A DNA stretch of 64,000 nt from an uncultured Planctomycetaceae bacterium (GTDB taxonomy: Bacteria > Planctomycetota > Planctomycetia > Planctomycetales > Planctomycetaceae): NCBI GenBank assembly GCA_963815195.1, contig CAWFGE010000013.1, forward strand, positions 864,001-928,000. The letters run 5' to 3'. The number at the start of each line of letters is the position of its first letter. Position 1 is the stretch's first letter. Position numbers and translations under genes: made by a program. Of this stretch, positions 30,411 to 40,010 are shown piece by piece. The notes under the pieces were generated by a model, which saw only the letters and a program-made list of their open reading frames with translations, searched no databases and was not told where the DNA came from.

Positions 30411-31181
30411 CTAATGAGAAACCTCAGGCAACGCCGCCGGCTGAATGGCCGGGGGCGGTGTGACGGGTTGTTCCTCGGTCGAACCGGCCCATTGGACGCG
30501 GCTGCTGCCGGCATTCTCCGGGTCGCCGTTGGCGGGATTGTCGAAAGCCACATTGAACGGCAGCGGCTCGTTCGCGGCGGGCGGGGTTTTGAGGCCGTTG
30601 GTCACTTCCTCGCGGATGGAACCGTTGCGGTACGGGCCGACGCCCAGGAGATACCAGTTCTTATCCTCGGATTTTGCCAAGGTCAATCCGCCGTCGCCGA
30701 TCATCTGGCGCGTCTTGGCGTCGTAGGCGACGATGCCGATTTTGGCGATGCCGATCTGCGACTGTTTGCTCATCAGCCGCACTTCGGGGACGGACAGCGG
30801 AAACGGACCCGGGACCGACAACTGCGGCGTGCCGACGAACAGATCGCTGCTGGTCGTGCCCACGCCGCCGCTGCGGACTTCCATCACGACGTCCGCGTCG
30901 TCCGCTTTTTCCACCATGCGGGCTCCGCCACGGAGCACGCGATGCCGAATCGATCCGACGACATACGGCTTGTCGACGCAGTCCAGATACTTCTCGTCGA
31001 TGAAGATTTTCGATCCCCGGAAGGCGGAGAAATCGACTTTGCTCAACGCCTGATCGATGGAGTTGGAGATCAACAGTTGCTCTTGGGCCGTCCGCGCGGT
31101 GTTCGAGGTTTTCGTGGAAGCGCAGCCTCCCCCCACGATTATCAGGCCAGCCAAACAACCCAAGCCCAGCATCCTTGCCAT
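30411..31181 (-). CDS. lipoprotein, DUF6655-like
   Basis: Lipobox GGGC followed by TARTAQEQLLIS..EVRSGGVGT. Confidence 0.7.
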   Translation of the reverse strand: MARMLGLGCLAGLIIVGGGCASTKTSNTARTAQEQLLISNSIDQALSKVDFSAFRGSKIFIDEKYLDCVDKPYVVGSIRHRVLRGGARMVEKADDADVVMEVRSGGVGTTSSDLFVGTPQLSVPGPFPLSVPEVRLMSKQSQIGIAKIGIVAYDAKTRQMIGDGGLTLAKSEDKNWYLLGVGPYRNGSIREEVTNGLKTPPAANEPLPFNVAFDNPANGDPENAGSSRVQWAGSTEEQPVTPPPAIQPAALPEVSH

Positions 31182-31360
31182 CTTGCCGATTTCCTTCCCT
31201 GAACGTCGCGAACGCGGCAGCATTTAGTCCAAAAACCTGCAAATAACGGATTTTTCCGCGAGATGCAATCGGAATTTCTGCGCGAGAACTCGAGGATGCA
31301 TACCTCATTTTGTCATTGCCTCATTCTGGAAGCGGCAATGTGTCATGCGGCCTTCGCCCC

Positions 31361-34058
31361 TCATGCCGGTTTTGTTCTGCGGGCGAGCAAGCGGGCGACC
31401 AGGGCCGTCCAGCCGGTTTGATGACTGGCTCCCACGCCCCGGCCGTTGTCGCCGTGAAAATATTCGTAAAACAGCACCAGATCTTCGCCGGGGTTGCCGT
31501 GGGCGTAACGCTCATCCTCGCCGTGACAGGGCCGGCGGCCGTGTTCATCCGGCAGAAACAGCGAACTCAACCGGCGCGAGATTTCGCAGGCCGCTTCTTT
31601 GAGTGTCATCATCCGCCCCGAACCGGTGGGCACTTCCACGCGAAAATCATCCCCGTAAAAATGCCAATACCGCTCGAGCGCCTCGACGAGAAGATAATTC
31701 ATCGGAAACCAAATCGGCCCGCGCCAATTGGAATTGCCGCCGAACATTCCGGAATCCGACTCGGCCGGCCGGTAGCCCACGTGAAATTCCTCCCCGCCCA
31801 CGCGAAACACATAAGGGTGCTGTTCGTGGTATTTCGAGAGCGAGCGGATCCCGTAAGGCGAGAGGAACTCGTTCTCGTCGAACAGATATTTGAAGACCCG
31901 CTCCAAACGCTCGTGGCTGGGAATGGCCAACAGCCGGTGGGCGTGCTCTTTTCGCGAGGCCGCGTCCAATTCCATGTAGCTCACTTGCTCGGCGAGATCG
32001 GGCCGATGGCTTAAAAACCAGTCCATCCGCTTTTTGAAGCCGGGCAAGCGCTCGATGATGTCGTTCTCCAGAACTTCCGCCGCGAACAAAGGCACGAGCC
32101 CCACGAGCGACCGCGTGCGGAGCGGGATCGAATGCCCATCCACCAACAGCCGATCGTAATAGAAGCCGTCTTCCTCGTCCCACAGCCCGGTGCCGCCCAC
32201 GCTGTTCATGGCGTCGGCGATGGCGATGTAATGCTCAAAGAACTTGGAGGCGACGTCCTCATACACCGGATCTTCGGCGGCCAGTTCGAGGGCCATCGAT
32301 AACATCGTGCCGCAGTAAAACGCCATCCACGCCGTGCCGTCGGCTTGCTCCAAATGCCCGCCGGTGGGCAGCGGCTTCGAGCGATCGAACACGCCGATGT
32401 TGTCCAGCCCCAAAAAACCGCCCGCGAACAGATTCCGCCCGTTGGGATCCTTGCGATTGACCCACCACGTGAAGTTGAGCATCAGCTTGTGAAACGCCCG
32501 CTCCAGAAACGCCCGGTCGCGGTGGCCGCGTTCGTCGGCGATTTTATAGACCCGCCAGCAGCCCCAGGCATGCACCGGCGGGTTCACGTCGGAGAACGCA
32601 AACTCATACGCCGGGATCTGCCCGTTGGGATGCATGTACCATTCTCGCAAGAACAGAATCAACTGCCGCTTCGCGAACTCCGCATCAATCTCCGCAAACG
32701 GCACCATGTGAAACGCCAAATCCCACGCGGCGTACCAGGGGTACTCCCACTTGTCGGGCATCGAGATCACGTCGCGGTTGAACAAATGCGGCCAATCGTG
32801 GTTCCGGCCGAACATCCGCTCGAACGGCGGGGCGGGCTGGCTGGGGTCGCCCTTGAGCCACTCCCGCACCGCATAATGATAAAACTGCTTCGTCCACAAC
32901 AGCCCCGCATACGCTTGCCGGGCGACTTCGAGCCCTTGCGGATCACATTGCCGAGCGGTGGGATTTCGCGACGCAAAAAACGCATCCGCCTCGGCCAACC
33001 GCCCGAGAAAAGTTTCATCAAACGCAGCACCGAACGGCTCCTTGGTCTCGCTCGCGGTTTCCATCAATCGAAACCGCAGCACCGCCGACTCGCCCGGAGC
33101 GAGGTTCAACCGATACCACGCCGCCGCTTTCGTGCCCCGCTCGGCCGGGTTCACTGCGGCCAGATCGCCTTCAATCACCCGGCGGTGAAAGCCGTCCTTC
33201 ACATAAGGCGAACCGCTGGCAATTCCGAAAATTCGCTCAAAATGCGTTTCGTTTTCGGTGAATAACCACGCCGGCGGCGAAGCAGCGTTTTCCGGATCAA
33301 TCGAAAACGTGAAGGCCCCCAAGGTGGGATGATAGTTGCGAACCGTCGTTTCATCCGCCAACTTGAGGGCGGGCTTCGTCGTGCAATCGTCGTAATGGCA
33401 GCCCCAGGACCAGGTGTTCCGAAACCACACCGTCGGCAACACATGAAGCGCCGCCGCCTCGGGGCCGCGATTGGTCACCGTCAGCCGGATCAAAAGATCA
33501 TTCGGACCGGCCTTGGCATATTCCGCCTGCACATCGAAGTAGCGGTTCTCTTCAAAAATGCCCGTGTCGGCCAACTCGTATTCGCGGTCGTGGCAACCCC
33601 GCCGGCGATTCTCCGCGACCAAATCATCATAAGGAAAAGCCGCCTGCGGGTGCCGATACAAGGCCTTCATGTAAGAGTGCGTGGGCGTGGAATCCAAGTA
33701 GAAGTATTCCTCCTTGACATCCTCGCCGTGATTGCCTTCCGGCCCCGTCAAGCCGAACAGCCGCTCTTTGAGAATCGTGTCCTTCTCGTTCCACAGGGCC
33801 CACGCAAAACACAACCGGCACTCGCGGTCGGTGATGCCCAACAGGCCGTCCTCGCCCCAGCGGTAAGCCCGGCTGCGGGCGTGATCGTGGGGAAACGCGC
33901 ATCCACACCGCGCCGTGCTCCGAATAATCCTCCCGCACCGTGCCCCACTGCCGTTCGGAAAGATAAGGCCCCCAGCGCTTCCAGTTCGCCGTCCGCGCCT
34001 GGGATTGCCGGAGCCGATCGTCTTCCGCCGTCCGGCCGTAATTTGCAGGATGAGACAT
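31361..34058 (-). CDS. GH63/MGH1-like glucosidase (frameshift near 33900)
   Basis: [58 protein letters not shown]. Confidence 0.9.
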
Positions 34059-34134
34059 CCGCACCTCGGGGTGAGTCTAAGGGAGTCAAAGCACGCTTAA
34101 GCACAACGAACCGTGCATTGTAAGACCCCTGGCG

Positions 34135-35554
34135 TTAGGAATCCACGGAGTCCTGTTCGTCGGGGATCGCGCGGCCGTGCGGGTCTTCGCTGGGGCTTTC
34201 GAGTTCCGCGGCCAAATCCTGACGGAGCGACGGGTCGAGATAATGCTCGATCCGGTGGGCCGACTGGTGAAGTCGCTCGTCGGACAGATTGAAGTGCTGG
34301 GCCATGTAACTTTCCCAAAGCCGGTGAGCGCGAACGAGTCCCTGCGCCCGCTGCCGGCCTTGGTCTGTTAAATGATATTCCCGATCGAGCTTCTCAATGT
34401 TCCCCTGCCAAATCAGCCGCCAAAGCGCAAAGCGGGGAATCGGCATCTGGTAGCCCAGTTGCTGCGTCAACATAGACGGCGCGAACTCGGTTTGCTGATC
34501 GAGATCGAGTTCTTCCATGCGGTACAGCAGTCCCAGCAAATCGTCCCCGGCCACTTTCAAGCTGAGCAGCGTCTGATGCAGAAACCGGCTGAGAATCCCT
34601 TGCCGGGGTGCAAAGACCAGCGCCAGGAAAAACAGGCCCCCGGACGTCGCCGCCATCATCCCGGCCGTGCTCGCTTCTCCGATATGCTCGAACCCCATCG
34701 CCGGGAACAATAGGCCAGGCAAGGTCCGCGCCAACACATGCCCCAACAGAGCCGCTCAAGGCGGCGATGAACAGGCTCAAAGGAATCATCCGCTCGAGCC
34801 GCGAGGTCAGCAAAAACGCCGTCGCCGCGGGCACGATGAGCATCGCGATCACGATAATGCTGCCCACGCTTTCAAACACCGCCACAATCGTCGACGCCGT
34901 GACGCCCATCAACACATAGTTGATCATCGCCGAGTTGATGCCTAGGGCCGTCGCCAACTCCGCATCAAACGTGCTGATCCTCAATTCCTTGAAAAACAGC
35001 GCGACGAGACAAAGGTTAATGGTTAGCATCACGCCGTTAAACAAGATCGCGCGGGGAAGCTGCGTGCCGCTGATGGTGACCGTGTCCATAATCATCGTGG
35101 CGACGGAACCATAGAGCACGCACTGCACATCGATATGCGCGGTATCCACGATCCGCATCAAAAGGAGGCCGAGCGCAAACATGGTCGTAAATACCACGCC
35201 GAGAGCGGCCGTGGACTCCACCCGCCCGAGCTTGTGGATCGCCTCGGTCAACACGGCCGCCAGGATTCCGATCGCAATCGCCCCCAAGAACATCAGCCAA
35301 CTCACCGCCGACGCGAAGCTGTCGGCATCGGCGTGGTCCCCACCCGCGGGAATCAGCCAACGCGACAAAAGAAACGCGAGCACAATCCCCAACAGCGACG
35401 TGTGGCTGAGCGCATCGCCCATCAAACTCTGCCGGCGGAGCAACAGATAGTTCCCCGGAATCGCGCAAGCCATTCCCGCGAGCGCCGCAATGAGCACCAT
35501 CCAAGTATCAATCAGGCTCCAGGCCTCGAGTTGGATTAACATCTCAGCAAACAT
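34135..35554 (-). CDS. Mn/Fe/Zn ABC permease fused to a C-terminal DtxR-like domain (frameshift near 34750)
   Basis: GDALSHTSLLG, FKELRISTFD; C-terminal HRLWE, AHRIEH, DPHGRAIP. Confidence 0.9.
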
Positions 35555-35578
35555 GAAAGGTTGCGCCGCTATAAAAAA

Positions 35579-35640
35579 TCAGCCGCAGGGCGCTAGCCCC
35601 GGTTCATAAAAACATTGGCCGCAGGGCGCTAACCCCGGCT
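35579..35640. repeat. two tandem REP units (GCCGCAGGGCGCTA[G/A]CCCCGG)
   Basis: Same unit as 23044, lying between the two permease genes. Confidence 0.75.
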
Positions 35641-35662
35641 CTGTATCCGCGTCATTCGCGGT

Positions 35663-37166
35663 TTAAATCGATTCTCGGCTTACAGTTTGAGTTCTATCTC
35701 TATCTACGGAATTCGCCGACAATACGTGCGGGCTTTGGGGCATGCCCGGTTGATCCTGCTCCATCAGCGATTCCAGCTCGGCAATCATGGCGGGTTCCAA
35801 AATATGCTCAATGCGGTCGGCGTCGCGGTCGACTTGAGCCGGGGCGATGTCGGCATAGTGAATCAAAAACAATTCCCACATCCGATGATTCCGCACCGCG
35901 CGGCGGGCGAGTTCCAGGCCTTTGGGAGTCAAGCGATAACGTTCCTGCGCATCCCGCCACATCATTCCCTGCGTTTGCGCATCCCGCAAGACCCGCCGCA
36001 CGCGAACCGCCGTCCAGGTTCGCCTTAGCAGAAGGTCTTCCATCGTGACAGATTGGGCAAGAACATCGTCTTGAACCATCATGGGCATTTTCGATTCGAT
36101 GACTTCAAACGTAGCCCGCAGCAAATCGTGCTGGCCCACGCGTCGGCGGAGTCGGTGATGATTCCACAACCGATAAACGACACCGCGCTTCGCCCCGAAA
36201 AACAGGCTCACGAGAAAGAACACCGATTCGACCACGACAATCACGGCCCCGGTCGCCAGTTTGGGAATCAGCGAACTCGCCAAAACGCCCGCAAACGCGC
36301 TTCCGCCGCCGATGCCCGCCGACACGAGCGTCATCGTCACAAGATGATCAGACCAGAACCGAGCGGCCGCGGCGGGGATAATCAAAATCGCGACAACCAG
36401 GATTAAGCCCACGCTCTGGAGTCCAATCACCGTCACCGAAACCACAATGCCCATCAACAATAAATCGAGCACCGTCACCGGCCAGCCGACAGCCTTCGCG
36501 AATTCCTCGTCAAAACATAGCAGCGAAAACTCCTTAAAGAGGAGCCCGCAGAGAACCAACACCACAAGCGAGGCCTGGGCGATCAACACCACATCGGCAA
36601 GAATCATGCGGGCGGCCTGGCCGAAGATAAAATCCCTGAGTCCCGCCGAACTCCCTCCCGGCAGACTTTGAATCACCGTAAACAGCGAGATGCCGAGACC
36701 GTAAAAGATGCTGAGCACAATCGCAAGCGCTGCATCTTCTTTGACGCGGGACGACTTGACGATCAACAACGTGCACAACACGCCCGAGAGCGAGGAAATC
36801 GCCGCACCGATTAAAAGCCCCGACAAGTTCTTTCCCGTGCCTGGTTGCATGGCTTCCATAATCAGAAACGCCATGCCAATTCCCGGCAGCGAGGCATGTC
36901 CGACCACATCGCCCACCAGCGAGCGCTTTCGCAACAACATAAACACCCCCACGACTCCGCCGGAGATTCCCAGGAGCGTCGTGCCGAGCAGCACAATGCG
37001 GGTGTTATAGTCCTTGAGACTTAATGTCCGAAACAGACTCGCTTGTCAACGCGGAGTTGTTGGTTGCGTTCTGCTGCGCAAAAGCGTGGCTCGTCCAGAT
37101 CACAAGAACTAGGAAACCCAGGAGAATTGCACTCGATCTTTTCGTCCAAGGGAGGGGGATGCTCAT
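35663..37166 (-). CDS. Mn/Fe/Zn ABC permease fused to a C-terminal DtxR-like domain (frameshift near 37045)
   Basis: [33 protein letters not shown]-terminal HRMWE, DADRIEH, SPH; ATG overlaps the ATPase stop. Confidence 0.9.
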
Positions 37167-37966
37167 AGCGAATCCCCCATTTCCATGCGGTGGCCGACCT
37201 GGTCCAAGAGCGCGAGCTTTCCGCCATAGGTCTTTTTGAGGTTATCGGACGTAAAGGTTTTCGATGTCGGGCCGGCGGCGACGACTCTCATGTTAAGTAA
37301 TAACACATGGTCGAAGTATTCTTTCACGGTTTGCAGATCGTGATGCACGACGAGCGCGGTTTTTTGCGATTTCCGCAGTTCGCGGAGCAATTCCACGATG
37401 GCCCGTTCGGTCGCGGCATCCACGCCGGCGAACGGTTCATCCATCAGGTAGAGGTCGGCATCTTGAACCAAGGCTCTCGCTAAAAACACCCGCTGCTGCT
37501 GCCCGCCGGAGAGTTGGCTGATTTGCCGATGGGCATAAGGCCCCATGCCGACGCGCTCCAGGGCCTCCTGGGCGATCAGGCGGTACTTTCGCGTGACGGG
37601 TCTAAACCAGCCGATCTTGCGGTACAGGCCCATCGTCACGACCTGCAAGGCGTTGATCGGAAAATCCCAATCGACGGAGCCTCGCTGCGGGACATACGCC
37701 ACGCGGTCGCGGGATTTGCGATAGGGTTTTCCAAACACCTGCACGACGCCCGACGCGCGGGGCACGAGATCGAGAGCCGCCTTGATCAACGTCGATTTGC
37801 CCGCGCCGTTCGGCCCGATAATCGCGATCAACTTTCCCGCCGGGGCGACAAAATCAATATCCCAGAGCACCGGCTTGCGGTGATAAGCCACCGTCATATC
37901 TTGAATGGCGAGCGGCGATGTGCTAGGAGCCTCTTGAGGTGAAGTTGTGAAGGTGTTATCCAGCAT
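37163..37966 (-). CDS. metal ABC transporter ATP-binding protein
   Basis: [26 protein letters not shown]. Confidence 0.95.
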   Translation of the reverse strand: MLDNTFTTSPQEAPSTSPLAIQDMTVAYHRKPVLWDIDFVAPAGKLIAIIGPNGAGKSTLIKAALDLVPRASGVVQVFGKPYRKSRDRVAYVPQRGSVDWDFPINALQVVTMGLYRKIGWFRPVTRKYRLIAQEALERVGMGPYAHRQISQLSGGQQQRVFLARALVQDADLYLMDEPFAGVDAATERAIVELLRELRKSQKTALVVHHDLQTVKEYFDHVLLLNMRVVAAGPTSKTFTSDNLKKTYGGKLALLDQVGHRMEMGDSL

Positions 37967-37990
37967 AGGGTGTCAACGATTCATAGTCTG

Positions 37991-38017
37991 TCTTAATCTT
38001 AATCTTAATCTTAATCT
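37991..38017. repeat. hexamer tandem repeat (TCTTAA)4.5
   Basis: Read directly from the sequence. Confidence 0.9.
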
Positions 38018-38127
38018 GCCTTTCACATTCATCCTTCAACGACCAATGATGATGGAAACGACAACATCATAGAGCACAAAATCATGCTTCCTTTGTCAGC
38101 GGCGAGGATAGACTGTTATAGGGCGAC

Positions 38128-39208
38128 CTAATTCGCGGACAGTTTCCCATTGAGCCCCTGTTTTGGGGCTCGGCCGCCGAGGGCGAGGGTGATGGCCGTG
38201 ACGTTGTGGTCCATCATGCCGATGTATGTGCCTTCGTAGGTTCCAGTCCGGCCCATCGCATCGGAGTAGAGATTGCCGCCGATGGCCACGTCCTGGCCGC
38301 GCTTCTCGCGCCTTCGCGGATGGCTTGCATGTTTTTGGGGTTCACGCTGCTTTCAACGAAGATGGCTTTGATCTTTCGCGGCGATGAGATCCACCAGCCG
38401 GTTGACATCGTTCACGCCCGCTTCGGATTCCGTGGTAATTCCCTGGGCGGATTTGACGGGGATGTTATAGGCGCAGGAAAAATACCCGAAGGCATCATGC
38501 GCCGTGATCAGCACGCGGTTTTCTTCGGGAATGCTGGCGATGGCTTTCCGCGCATAGTCCGCGAGCCCCGCGAGTTGTTTTCGATAAGCCTCGGCGTTTT
38601 GGGCATAGGTTTCTTTGCCTTTGGGGTCGTACGCCGAGAGCGCATTGGCGACGTGCAGCGTGCACAAGCTCCAGGCGTCGATATTTCCCCAGACGTGCGG
38701 GTCGTAGTAGCCTTCAAACTCCGGTGGCGAATGCAAGAAGCCGCGGGAGAGGCCGTCGGTCACGGCGAACACGGGCTTGCCGGTCTTCGCCTGGCGGGCG
38801 AAGACGTCCTGCATGCGGTGCTCGAGATTGAGGCCGGAGTAAAACACGACGTCGGCTTCCATCAGCTTTTGCACATCGTCGCGCGTGGGCTGATACAAAT
38901 GCGGATCGACGCCTTCGCTCATCAGTCCGGTGACATGCGCGGCCGCCGGCGACGTGCCGGACAATATCGGTCACCATGCCCACGGTGGTCACGATCTCAA
39001 ACGGGCCATCGCCCGTGCGGGTTTCGGAAATGGGAAAGGCCACGTCTTTGCGGGCGGTGGGCCGAAGTTCGTCGCCGCACCTGAGGGACACATCGCTGCT
39101 GGTCCGGCCGGTCTCCGTGTCCCCGGAACTGGAGGGAGCACAGCCCGCCAACAGGAACAGCACCGTCCCACCGAGGAGCAGCCCGGCTCGCGATAAAGCT
39201 TGATTCAT
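38128..39208 (-). CDS. metal ABC transporter substrate-binding lipoprotein, TroA-like (three frameshifts near 38940, 38380, 38305)
   Basis: Lipobox LAGC; GVDPHLY, DPHVW, TAHDAFGYF, FVESSV, LYSDAMG across successive frames. Confidence 0.88.
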
Positions 39209-39274
39209 CAAACGCCCTCGATGGATGATATTGTTGGATTTGAACATCCAGAAAAAAAGTTTTGATGAATCAAA
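39200..39274. promoter_or_regulatory. twin TTTGATGAATCAA sites: candidate DtxR-family operators or a start-codon-sequestering hairpin
   Basis: Exact 13-bp inverted copies at 39200-39212 (covering the ATG) and 39261-39273, each with internal dyad symmetry. Confidence 0.55.
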
Positions 39275-39366
39275 TTTAACCGCCGTGCGCAAAAAGAGCA
39301 AGGTTGTTCAGGAAGAAATTCCATTCCCAACCTTCGCCAGGGGAAGGTTGGGAGTTTGCGGAGATT

Positions 39367-39836
39367 CTACTTGGTTTGGGGAGCGTGCCGGAGCATGGGG
39401 CCGAGTTCTTCCACGAAGTCGTTCACATCCTGGAACTCGCGGTAGACGGAGGCGAACCGCACGAACGCGACCTCGTCAACTTCCCGTAGGGCCTCGAAGA
39501 TCCGCTCGCCCATGTAGCGAGAGGGGACTTCGATTTCAAAATGCTCGTACACGTCCGCTTCGACGGCGGAGATGATCGCCTCGATTTGCTCCGTCGTCAC
39601 AGGCCGTTTCCAGCAGGCTTTTTCGAGGCCCACGCGTATCTTTTGCGAGTCGAACGGCACGCGGGAGCCGTCCTTCTTGATGACCTTCAGGGGCGATTCT
39701 TCGATTTTTTCGTAGGTGGTAAACCGCCGCTGGCAGTCGGGGTTCAGGCATCGTCGTCTTCGGCGGATCACAAAATCCTGGCTCTGCGCGAGTCGATGAC
39801 CTTCGTTTCACCCTCTCGGCAAAACGGGCAAATCAT
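39367..39836 (-). CDS. nrdR: transcriptional repressor NrdR (frameshift near 39785)
   Basis: MICPFC..KVIDSR, IRRRR.C..C.RRFTTYE, ATP cone, [15 protein letters not shown]. Confidence 0.95.
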
Positions 39837-39916
39837 GACGACCCTTCCTCAATACCACACGGCAGTTACATGGAAGTATCCTTTCAGACAACTCACTCTT
39901 AACCCCGCCTTAAAAT

Positions 39917-39996
39917 ACCCAATTTCAAGCGCAGTGGCTAGTCAATCGCCACAAATGGTTGTGGGACAACAACTTGACAAACACTACCTATGGGTC
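39917..39996. promoter_or_regulatory. tandem NrdR-box-like sites
   Basis: 16-mers at 39917 (ACCCAATTTCAAGCGC), 39949 (CCACAAATGGTTGTGG), 39981 (ACACTACCTATGGGTC), spaced exactly 32 bp; resemble acaCwAtATaTwGtgt. Confidence 0.6.
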
Positions 39997-40010
39997 GCGT
40001 TTGGGCGGAT

